From: a bacterium
GTDB taxonomy: Bacteria; Sysuimicrobiota; Sysuimicrobiia; Sysuimicrobiales; Segetimicrobiaceae
Assembly: GCA_035308905.1 (NCBI GenBank)
Contig: DATGFS010000042.1
Location: forward strand, 3,093 to 67,092
Length of the DNA: 64,000 nt
Reading direction: 5' to 3'
Both the position numbers and the translations under genes were made by a program. This document shows, piece after piece, positions 57,190 to 64,000 of this stretch (position 1 is its first letter; the number at the start of each line of letters is the position of its first letter). The notes under the pieces were generated by a model that was given only the letters and a program-made list of their open reading frames with translations, made no database searches and had not been told where the DNA came from.

Positions 57190-57903
57190 ATGGTCCTTGT
57201 TGCACCGGAGGTCACGCGGCGGAAGGTCGAGCGGGAACTCAATCTTTGGCGTGAGAACGAGGAAATCTATCGCCGCCGCGGGTGGATCCTCCTCGGCCAC
57301 CACGACCAAGAAGTCGACGTGGGTTTCCTCGGACAGCTTCCGCTCGGCGCCCGGCCGATCCCGGTCATGGCCGCCTGCGTGAGGATCGACTTCACCAACT
57401 TCGATCTTTGGGCTCCATCGGTCGAATTTATCGACCCCATGACCGGCGAGTATACCCCGCCGATCGTGCAGGCGCTCGTCGAAACTGACGAGGGGCCGCG
57501 CAATCTCATCGTCTTCAGCCACCCGGACACGAACCGGCCGTTCTTCTGCGTCCCCGGCATCCGCCAATACCACGAACACCCGCAGCACTCCGGCGACTCC
57601 TGGTTCCTGCACCGCAACACGGGCGAGGGCAGCTTGGCGACGATCTGCGATCGCGTGTGGCGTGCTATGGCGCGAAACCTTCTCGGCATCCATCTCGAGA
57701 TGCAGACGGTGCCGGGGCAGCTAAAGCTCCAACTCCGCCTCCAGAACGCGCCGGGCGAGGTGGTACCAGTATTGTGGGAGAACATCAGGCAGGCTCAGCA
57801 GGCGACGCGCGTTGCCCAGGCGGGCGGCGTTGTAGGTCAACCCATCCCGCCGGAAATCCTCGCCATGCTCGGGATCGGTTCCCCGCCACAGGTGCCAAAG
57901 TGA
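57190..57903 (+). CDS. E2-like ubiquitin-conjugating (UBC-fold) protein (BilB-like)
   Basis: N-terminal helix (RRKVERELNLWREN…), YP..PP-like strands (VRIDFTNFDLWAPSVEFIDPMTGEYTPP), and HPD followed nine residues later by Cys (FSHPDTNRPFFCVPGI), reminiscent of the E2 HPN…C active site. Confidence 0.55.
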   Translation: MVLVAPEVTRRKVERELNLWRENEEIYRRRGWILLGHHDQEVDVGFLGQLPLGARPIPVMAACVRIDFTNFDLWAPSVEFIDPMTGEYTPPIVQALVETDEGPRNLIVFSHPDTNRPFFCVPGIRQYHEHPQHSGDSWFLHRNTGEGSLATICDRVWRAMARNLLGIHLEMQTVPGQLKLQLRLQNAPGEVVPVLWENIRQAQQATRVAQAGGVVGQPIPPEILAMLGIGSPPQVPK

Positions 57904-58379
57904 CGCTCGAAGGCGTCCGCGAGTTCATCGTCCCACTGCAGCTCCTCGATCAGGTCCTCGAAGCGCTCCAGGAGGCTGGACGCCACGGCTACGAGGCGTT
58001 CATCCTGCTGGGCGGTCACCTCGTTGGGGAGAAGCGCTTCGAGTTCCTGTCCGTGTACTTGCCTGAGCAGAAGACCAGTCGGGGTGCGGAGGGATTACTC
58101 ATCGTCGTCGACGGCGATGCGCTTTTCCGCGCCAATCGCGCCTTCTACCGGCGTGGCCAAATCCTCGGCGCTCAGATCCACAGCCACCCAGCCTCTGCCT
58201 ACCACTCGTCGACCGATGATACCTATCCGCTAGTGACCCTATTGGGCGGTCTATCGGGCGTTGTCCCTGATTTCGGCGAGGGCGGGCGTGCTCGGCTAGA
58301 CTACTGGGCCTGGTACCGGCTGGTGGGGGTTGGACAGTGGGCGCCAATTGGCGATGAAACAAGGATCACGTTTCGATGA
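57900..58379 (+). CDS. JAMM/JAB (MPN+) isopeptidase (BilC-like deubiquitinase)
   Basis: Conserved Glu (GYEAFILLGGH) and JAMM motif HSHPASAYHSSTDD; GTGA overlap with the upstream gene. Confidence 0.7.
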   Translation: MTLEGVREFIVPLQLLDQVLEALQEAGRHGYEAFILLGGHLVGEKRFEFLSVYLPEQKTSRGAEGLLIVVDGDALFRANRAFYRRGQILGAQIHSHPASAYHSSTDDTYPLVTLLGGLSGVVPDFGEGGRARLDYWAWYRLVGVGQWAPIGDETRITFR

Positions 58380-59974
58380 GCCTTCCCCGCTTCCTTGACC
58401 GCGTCGTCGATGCGGCCGCGCCGGTGCTCGGTGGGATTGATCGCTCAGCAATGCGGGCCAAGCTCGAGAGTTCCTCGATCGCGCTCGTTGCTGGTGACAA
58501 GGCCGCTGAAGGCGCGGGCCGCGCCGGCTTCCTTCTCGCGGCGAACCTCGCCGCGCGGATTTACCCACGCATCTGTCTTCGCGGTCCCAACGAGCTGATA
58601 CGCGCAGCCGAGAGTGAAATCATCCTCATCAACCCGCGCGCCGATATGACCGGCGGCAACGATACGACTACACCGACGCTGTCGTACGAGACCGTCGCCG
58701 ACGCGGACGCGGCCGTATCAGTTTTCGCCCGCGGTTGGAATGTTTACGTTGATACTACCCCTGATGACCATACTCCAGCCGCAGCCTCGGCGGCGCTCGC
58801 CGCGGCGGCGTTCGGGATGGGGGATCTCTTCCGCCTCGTTTTCGCCGCGGAACTAGGTGACCGTGGCCGCCGTCGGCCGCAACCCGGCTCACTCAACCTC
58901 GTCACGCTCGGCGACCCACAGCACCTGCCGGTGCCGGCCGGTGTCGAGGTGTCGACGTTTCGCCTCATCGGCGTCGGGGCGATCGGGCAAGCCACGGCCC
59001 AAACGCTCGCCCTCTCCGGCGTCCGGGGAACCATGGTCGCGGTTGATCCCGAGAAGGTGGTGCTGTCAAACCTGCAGCGCTACGTGCTCACGCGCGACGC
59101 GGACGTCGACGCCGCGAAGGTTGAGTTGGTCCGAGAGCGACTGGACCAGTCCACACTCCAGATCCTCCCGGTAGCTGCCATCTGGCACGCGGACCTTGTT
59201 GAGGAACAACTGCCAACGTTAGTCGCGGTCGATTCCGCAGAGGCGCGGATCGCTGTCCAGGCGAGCCTGCCTGGACCGATCTACAATGCGTGGACGCAGC
59301 CAGCCGACATCGGCTGGTCGCGACACGAGCATTTCGGCGAGGAGCCGTGCCTCGCATGCCTCTACTGGCCGGACCGCAAGCGGCCAAGTCGGCATGAGCA
59401 GATTGCCGCCGCGTTCCGTCAGCACCCGCTGCGGGTTCTAGTCTACCTCCTCCGGCGCTTACCCGTCGGCTTGCCGGTACCGCCGGGCGGGATCCCTGTC
59501 GTGCCCGGACTAGACGCCCCGGCCGACGCTGATCGATGGCTCCAGACGGCGCTCGTCGACGACATCGCCGCGGCGGCTGGTGTCGACCCCTCCGAGCTCG
59601 TCTCTTGGCGTGAGCGGTCATTAGCTGACGTGTACCAGGACGGCATATGCGGTGGGACCCTCCTACACCTGAACATCGGTGAAGCGCCGCGTGAAGTCGT
59701 CGTTCCGCTTGCTCATCAATCAGCACTTGCCGGCGTGATGCTGGCAACGGAATTCATCGTTGCCGAGGTCCCTGAACTCGCAGCTGCACGGCCGTCCACG
59801 ATCGAGGCTCGCTACGACCCGCTTGCGGGGCTACCGCAGGTCCTCGCGCGCCCCCGAATGCGCGCCGATGGGTGTCTTTGCGCAGACACGTTCTTCCGCG
59901 CCGCCCATCGCGAAAGGACGGCCGGAGGCGACGGGGACGCCGAACCCGAAATGCTCAAGGGTGAGGTGACCTAA
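58376..59974 (+). CDS. E1-like ThiF/MoeB-family activating enzyme with about 190-aa N-terminal extension (BilD-like)
   Basis: Rossmann nucleotide loop FRLIGVGAIGQATAQTLALSG…VAVDPEKVVLSNLQRY, downstream CxxC (EEPCLACLY); ATGA overlap with the JAB gene. Confidence 0.7.
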   Translation: MSLPRFLDRVVDAAAPVLGGIDRSAMRAKLESSSIALVAGDKAAEGAGRAGFLLAANLAARIYPRICLRGPNELIRAAESEIILINPRADMTGGNDTTTPTLSYETVADADAAVSVFARGWNVYVDTTPDDHTPAAASAALAAAAFGMGDLFRLVFAAELGDRGRRRPQPGSLNLVTLGDPQHLPVPAGVEVSTFRLIGVGAIGQATAQTLALSGVRGTMVAVDPEKVVLSNLQRYVLTRDADVDAAKVELVRERLDQSTLQILPVAAIWHADLVEEQLPTLVAVDSAEARIAVQASLPGPIYNAWTQPADIGWSRHEHFGEEPCLACLYWPDRKRPSRHEQIAAAFRQHPLRVLVYLLRRLPVGLPVPPGGIPVVPGLDAPADADRWLQTALVDDIAAAAGVDPSELVSWRERSLADVYQDGICGGTLLHLNIGEAPREVVVPLAHQSALAGVMLATEFIVAEVPELAAARPSTIEARYDPLAGLPQVLARPRMRADGCLCADTFFRAAHRERTAGGDGDAEPEMLKGEVT

Positions 59975-59978
59975 TTAG

Positions 59979-60704
59979 GTGGACGCCCTTGAAGAACTCA
60001 ACCGGCGCGGAACGGCGCTCCTGGCCGAGCTCGCGGCTAACCCTGAAAGCGAGTGCTGGCGCCAGTTCGACGCCCTCTTCTACGAGATCATTTGGCGGTG
60101 GATCCGTGCAAACCATGCGACGATGGCAGCCCGCGTCGCCCGGTACCTCCAGGTCGAGTGGATCGGCGGCGTGGATATCCTTCCCGAGGAAGTCGACGAA
60201 GTGGCCCACGAGGCCACTAAAGTTGCGCTTCAGCGGGTGCGGAAGAATGCCGCGCGTTTCAACCCGAACAGAGGTACGCCGGTCCAGTGGGTCATAGGCG
60301 CCGCCGCTTATGCCTATGTCGACGAGGCAAGGAAGGTTTTGAAGGCGCGCCAACCGGATAAGTTCGTCGCGCTTGGGGATCTCGATGAGCCGCCTGATCC
60401 GACCCCGACACCTGAAGAAAGAGTCCTCCGCGGAATGGAGGACACTGCAGCGCTCGATGATGCCGCCCGCCATCTCACCGAGAAGGAGTTCACGGCCATT
60501 CGCCTTGTAGTAACGGCCGGATACAGCTACGCCGAAGTGGCGAGGATGATCTTCGGCGATGAAAACATGACGAAGCAGGTCGATGGGCTTCTGACGCGCG
60601 CGAAAGCTAAGTTGACCGAAGCATGGGCAAATAGAAAACAACAGGCGCGCACTGACGCAACGCCGACGGCTGCCCGCCGTGCCAAGGAGGAGGGAGACCT
60701 ATGA
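59979..60704 (+). CDS. Sigma-70 family (ECF-like) sigma factor-like protein encoded within the island
   Basis: Region-2-like …TPVQWVIGAAAYAYVDEARK… and region-4 HTH LTEKEFTAIRLVVTAGYSYAEVARMIFGDENMTKQVDGLLTRAKAKL; GTG start 5 nt after the E1 stop. Confidence 0.5.
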   Translation: MDALEELNRRGTALLAELAANPESECWRQFDALFYEIIWRWIRANHATMAARVARYLQVEWIGGVDILPEEVDEVAHEATKVALQRVRKNAARFNPNRGTPVQWVIGAAAYAYVDEARKVLKARQPDKFVALGDLDEPPDPTPTPEERVLRGMEDTAALDDAARHLTEKEFTAIRLVVTAGYSYAEVARMIFGDENMTKQVDGLLTRAKAKLTEAWANRKQQARTDATPTAARRAKEEGDL

Positions 60705-60934
60705 GCGAGGGCGTCATCCGTGGGTTACCGGCTGCTCTCGCGGTGCTACTGCGCGACCCGAGTGTGATCGTCCCACAGGACGCGGCGGTCTTCGAGTTGA
60801 TCGCCGCGTGGGCCAAGGCTCCAACTGCGACAGCAAGCGCCGACGTTATGGTGACATCGGATGGCAAACTATTCGAAACGCTTCGCCGGCAGACTAAAAT
60901 GACGTCATCGACTATAATGGCGGGTTGCCGTTAG
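60701..60934 (+). CDS. Hypothetical small protein translationally coupled to the sigma-like gene (candidate anti-sigma/partner)
   Basis: ATGA overlap with the upstream stop; 77 aa; no recognizable motif. Confidence 0.35.
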   Translation: MSEGVIRGLPAALAVLLRDPSVIVPQDAAVFELIAAWAKAPTATASADVMVTSDGKLFETLRRQTKMTSSTIMAGCR

Positions 60935-61040
60935 TTCGACCGGACAGCTTGGGTTGCCGCGAAAGGTCACGTCGCGAAACCGACACAGGAGCCGTGCAGT
61001 ATTGGGCTCCCCTCGAAAAACCATGCAGCATTAATTCTAA

Positions 61041-61550
61041 TCATTCTCCCGATCGCCGCCACTGACGAAGACGGTCGTTAACTTCCGCTTGCGGCAGCCA
61101 TCGGTTGTTTTCCACCATCCTCCGTAGCGCGGCCGCCGCCTGTTGACGAGGCACGAGGTCGTTGCGAACCAAGAAATCGAGTATCCATAGCGTGCCGTGG
61201 ACGGGAATGCCTTCCTGTTCGGCTGCCTCACGAAGGCTTTTGTCGCTCGTGACAAGAGTAGCGTGCTCGGCCTTTGCCAGGACGAGGCAAAACAGGTCGG
61301 CGCGAGACGGCCCGAGATATCGTTGCGCCAGCGCGACAACTTCCTCGACCTGGTCGCCGGTCAGTTCCCGCTTTTGCAGCCCAAACCGGAGCAGTCTCTC
61401 CGCATGCGCTGGTTCCAGTTCTTCTTCCACCACGACATCGGGTGCCAGCCACACGGTCGGGAGTCGGAAGACGTACCGTGTTATCCCGCCTTCGCGCAGG
61501 TCAACCAGCAGCGTGGTGTCCGAGACGCACGGCGATGGGAATCCCGCCAT
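61041..61550 (-). CDS. PIN domain nuclease (VapC-like)
   Basis: N-terminal Asp (VSDTTLLVDL), central acidic residues, C-terminal T-x-D (LVTSDKSL); downstream of and overlapping the HTH-ImmA gene. Confidence 0.5.
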   Translation of the reverse strand: MAGFPSPCVSDTTLLVDLREGGITRYVFRLPTVWLAPDVVVEEELEPAHAERLLRFGLQKRELTGDQVEEVVALAQRYLGPSRADLFCLVLAKAEHATLVTSDKSLREAAEQEGIPVHGTLWILDFLVRNDLVPRQQAAAALRRMVENNRWLPQAEVNDRLRQWRRSGE

Positions 61551-62592
61551 GATCGCGTTTGACCTCGCGCTGGAAATCCTTGAACGACATGCCTAGCAAT
61601 TCTGTCGCGCGGCTCTCTGAAATGGCGCCCTCGGACCAAGCATGCATGACCAACTGCTCGAGGCGCTCCGAACGTTCCGGCGGGTATGGATCTCCCGGCT
61701 CTTTGACATGCCACCCTTGTGCCTTAAACGCTTTGAAGAGGGCTAAGGCATCTGCGTCGGTGAGGATGCCAAGATCCTTCGCGCGGTAGATCCAGGCTTG
61801 CATGCTAAGTCCGTACTTGTGTTTCAGTAGATGGAGCTCGTACGGCGTGAATGTATGCCGCCGGTCCCCAATCTCAGCCACGGCGGCTTGCCGCGGGACA
61901 ACAAAGGCGCCGGCAAAACGAAAGGCCATCCTTTCCTCATCGACACCCGGACCGGGTTTGAGAAGAAGATGTCCTAGTTCGTGCGCGAGATTCATCCGCT
62001 GACGATCTCCCGGTAGACTCTCTTTTAGCGCAATAACCGGGGTCTGCTTCTCGGGACCGAGCCAAAAGGCGCATGCGTCAAACTTGTGATGCGCATCCAC
62101 GGCGCCTACCTTGATACCGTGGTCCTCGAGCAGCTTTGTTAGGTTTTCGATTGGGTCGACGCCCACTTGCCAGGCCTTCCGTAGAGCCTCGGCCGCCGTT
62201 TCGGTATCAGGCAACTGCCCGATCGCGAACGGAAATCCCTCGGGATACGTGAAGGGTACCTGTCGGCGGGTAAGGGTCTCGATTTCAAGATATCGTTCGA
62301 GCCACTCTCGTACCCTGGCGAGCGCGGCCTCCTCTTTGCGTCGCGGAAGAGCGGCACGCTTCCGGAAAACAGGTTGCAGCACAATGTCACTCTTGGGACG
62401 CACGAAGTACTCGACTCGGACGCCCAGTGCTTTCGCGAGGCGCAGAAGCACTCCGGACCCCGGCTTGTCTAGGCCGCGCTCATACTTGGAGATTGCCTGA
62501 GCGCTCACACCTACACGGTCGGCGAGATCGCGAAGGCTCAGGCCGGCCATGAGACGGGCTTCCTTAATGCGCTCTCCAACCGTCGTAATCAC
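61501..62592 (-). CDS. XRE-family HTH fused to ImmA/IrrE (M78) zinc metallopeptidase domain
   Basis: HTH (GERIKEARLMAGLSLRDLADRVGVSAQAISKYERG) followed by HEXXH (LAHELGHLLL). Confidence 0.75.
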   Translation of the reverse strand: MITTVGERIKEARLMAGLSLRDLADRVGVSAQAISKYERGLDKPGSGVLLRLAKALGVRVEYFVRPKSDIVLQPVFRKRAALPRRKEEAALARVREWLERYLEIETLTRRQVPFTYPEGFPFAIGQLPDTETAAEALRKAWQVGVDPIENLTKLLEDHGIKVGAVDAHHKFDACAFWLGPEKQTPVIALKESLPGDRQRMNLAHELGHLLLKPGPGVDEERMAFRFAGAFVVPRQAAVAEIGDRRHTFTPYELHLLKHKYGLSMQAWIYRAKDLGILTDADALALFKAFKAQGWHVKEPGDPYPPERSERLEQLVMHAWSEGAISESRATELLGMSFKDFQREVKRDHGGIPIAVRLGHHAAG

Positions 62593-62620
62593 CTCCTGGT
62601 TCTCAGATCATAGCGTTCAG

Positions 62621-62655
62621 TTGACATTCTAGCATAAATTATGCTATTTTGTAAA
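62621..62655. promoter_or_regulatory. Back-to-back promoters sharing a 17-bp perfect palindrome (TAGCATAAATTATGCTA, 62630-62646) between the XRE-ImmA gene and a small ORF
   Basis: Plus strand TTGACA (62621-26) -N18- TATTTT (62645-50); minus strand TTTACA (rc of 62650-55) -N18- TAGAAT (rc of 62626-31); the palindrome sits in both spacers. Confidence 0.5.
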
Positions 62656-62695
62656 CCGACTAAACAAACCGTCGAGGGACAAGGAGGCTCACGCC

Positions 62696-62905
62696 ATGTC
62701 GTTGCCGCAGCATACGCGCACGAAGGAAGGCAACTACCGCAGGGCCAGAGGGGACGAAACAGCGAGAAACCTCGCGAAGGACTACCCCGAGTTCAAATCC
62801 GTCGATCCCAGGACCAAGCTCGAGACCTTGCGGAGAAAGTTTCAGGTGACGTCGATCAATGAAGTCCGGCGGGCACTCCGCACGCCAAGAGGGCGACACT
62901 TCTGA
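62696..62905 (+). CDS. Hypothetical small basic protein divergent from the XRE-ImmA gene
   Basis: Strong RBS AAGGAGG 8 nt upstream; sigma70-like promoter TTGACA-N18-TATTTT upstream; 69 aa. Confidence 0.4.
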   Translation: MSLPQHTRTKEGNYRRARGDETARNLAKDYPEFKSVDPRTKLETLRRKFQVTSINEVRRALRTPRGRHF

Positions 62906-63334
62906 GTCGATCCGGGGGTGGACAAATTTGGGGGCAGATCGATGAGTAGAAAAGATTAGCGTGCGCTCCTGCACCTTCTGGCAGTGACGGGCCGGGTAAC
63001 CGGCTTGATCGCGGACGCAGAAGAGCATCGCTGGGGTTGCGTCATGGCCGCGGTCGGTTTGCATTCCATTGCGGAGGGCCTCGGCGGAAACTTCGACTTG
63101 GGCCTCACATAACTGGCTCGAACTTCGTCCTTTCGACCGGCTTCTGGATCGGCCGTTGCGGGATGGAGCCTGTGGACCGAGCCCGGTGGGAAAACGGTCT
63201 GGCTCGCCCTGGCCGCGATCGCGTCCCTTGCTTCGATCTTCAACGCAACGGTAAAGATACCGGATAGGCTTAAGGAGCAAGAAGAAGCTCATCGGGTATT
63301 TCAAGGAATTGCCCTCGATCTAGAAACGTACCAA

Positions 63335-63517
63335 ATGGGCTTCAAGCTTGGGAAGGCTGTGAAAGACTTGCAGAAAGAGTTTGATGACTTACGCGCGCGG
63401 TACGTTACGGCGATGCAGAAGAATCGTATTACCTTCGACATTGTCTTGACAAAGGGCCTGCAGACGCAGGCGTATGCGAAAACGTACCGAGAGTTCGGGA
63501 AAGGAGACTCAGCTTAG
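63335..63517 (+). CDS. Hypothetical small protein (lower-GC); ORF is open upstream to 63111 without a canonical start and encodes a TM segment there
   Basis: 60-aa ATG-initiated ORF; in-frame upstream 75 codons (…KTVWLALAAIASLASIF…) lack ATG/GTG/TTG. Confidence 0.3.
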   Translation: MGFKLGKAVKDLQKEFDDLRARYVTAMQKNRITFDIVLTKGLQTQAYAKTYREFGKGDSA

Positions 63518-63720
63518 CCATGACCAAGCGTCGCAAAGGACCTACTGGGCCACCTCCTCCAACGCCGCCACGGCCGCAACCACCCGCCCCCCGGGCAACA
63601 GAGGAGTAAAGGCTAAATTACTCTCTCCGGGGCGAGATGCCCTAATTCTAACGGGATCAACCCCCCTTAAGTTAAGCGGAGTCTTATCCTAGTCGATTCG
63701 AAGCCGTCAAATTCGTTCTG

Positions 63721-63740
63721 AATCCTGCCCCCGCTACCAA
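63721..63740. repeat. attR core: second copy of the 20-bp direct repeat
   Basis: Identical to 55290-55309. Confidence 0.85.
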
Positions 63741-63757
63741 CAAAAACCCAGATCAAA

Positions 63758-63788
63758 CCCGCTCCAGCGCGTCGCTGGGGCGGGTTTT
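63758..63788 (+). terminator. Rho-independent terminator, likely the native tRNA-fMet terminator displaced by island insertion
   Basis: 12-bp GC stem CCCGCTCCAGCG / CGCTGGGGCGGG (one G·U) with 3-nt loop, followed by TTTT; lies immediately after the attR copy of the tRNA 3' end. Confidence 0.7.
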
Positions 63789-64000
63789 CTGCTTTCCGGA
63801 CATCCCGCAGGAAATGCTCGGAATTGTTGGGAATTGCGCGCCGCATGGAGCCGTTCAGAAAGGACTTCCTTTTGCGCCTGGGGCAGAAATCAAAATGGAT
63901 AGGCAGACCACCGTTTGGGCTTTGAGTTTCCTCGTGGTTATTGTGGGTCTCGGCGTGTTGGTCTACGTCTTCTTGCGGAAACGAGGTTTGGCACTGCACA

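Noticed and set aside
62956-63304. Minus-strand ORFs 62956-63243 and 62660-63304 in the low-GC right arm of the island
   Set aside because: Overlap better-supported plus-strand small ORFs and the divergent promoter; no motifs.
63667-63999. 110-aa minus-strand ORF spanning attR and the tRNA terminator
   Set aside because: Crosses the att repeat and terminator hairpin and has no RBS or motifs; a short plus-strand membrane-protein ORF starting at 63895 (MDRQTTVWALSFLVVIVG…), running off the window, is more plausible but too partial to call.

Overview
This 64 kb window is very GC-rich (about 70 % GC) with actinobacterium-like coding style (Ala/Arg-rich proteins, frequent ATGA/GTGA/TGATG start-stop overlaps). 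It is mostly densely packed chromosomal housekeeping and catabolic genes. These include a partial xanthine-dehydrogenase-family Mo/FAD enzyme, a nitronate monooxygenase, an orphan TPP-dependent 2-oxoacid dehydrogenase E1 alpha/beta pair, AzlCD, a phenylacetate (paa) catabolic cluster, murein amidase, pepA, aquaporin, speH, mutM, LemA/TPM, FTR1/EfeU, lipB, a cysO/cysM/mec sulfur-carrier cysteine cluster next to a SigH/RsrA-like ECF sigma and zinc-binding anti-sigma pair, a two-component system and a NitT/TauT-type ABC transporter. The paa cluster (paaX, paaY-like, CoA ligase, paaA/B/C, CoA transferase, ALDH) contains a PaaD that is split into two ORFs around paaB and paaC, and lacks paaE. The most notable feature is at the 3' end. 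An initiator tRNA-fMet (55232-55308) is followed by an ~8.4 kb lower-GC integrative island (55290-63740). The island is bounded by a perfect 20-bp direct repeat of the tRNA 3' end, and the tRNA's own terminator is displaced to just beyond the right repeat. The island carries a tyrosine integrase and a four-gene, translationally coupled ubiquitination-like operon: a ubiquitin-like protein ending in Gly-Gly, an E2-like protein (HPD...C), a JAMM/JAB isopeptidase and a ThiF/MoeB E1-like protein. This matches the Bil-type bacterial ubiquitination-like antiphage operon order. Immediately coupled to it are a sigma-70/ECF-like factor and a small ORF, and on the opposite strand an XRE-HTH/ImmA-IrrE metallopeptidase fusion plus a PIN nuclease controlled from a palindrome-containing divergent promoter. 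Other notable points are a SigR/SigH-type promoter (GGAAT-N18-GTT) and terminator-like leader before cysO, a ParB/Srx-fold gene inserted between cysO and cysM, a mirrored LemA-TPM-TPM-LemA module with a probable CTG start, and a histone-H1-like basic protein. No CRISPR array or rRNA was seen.
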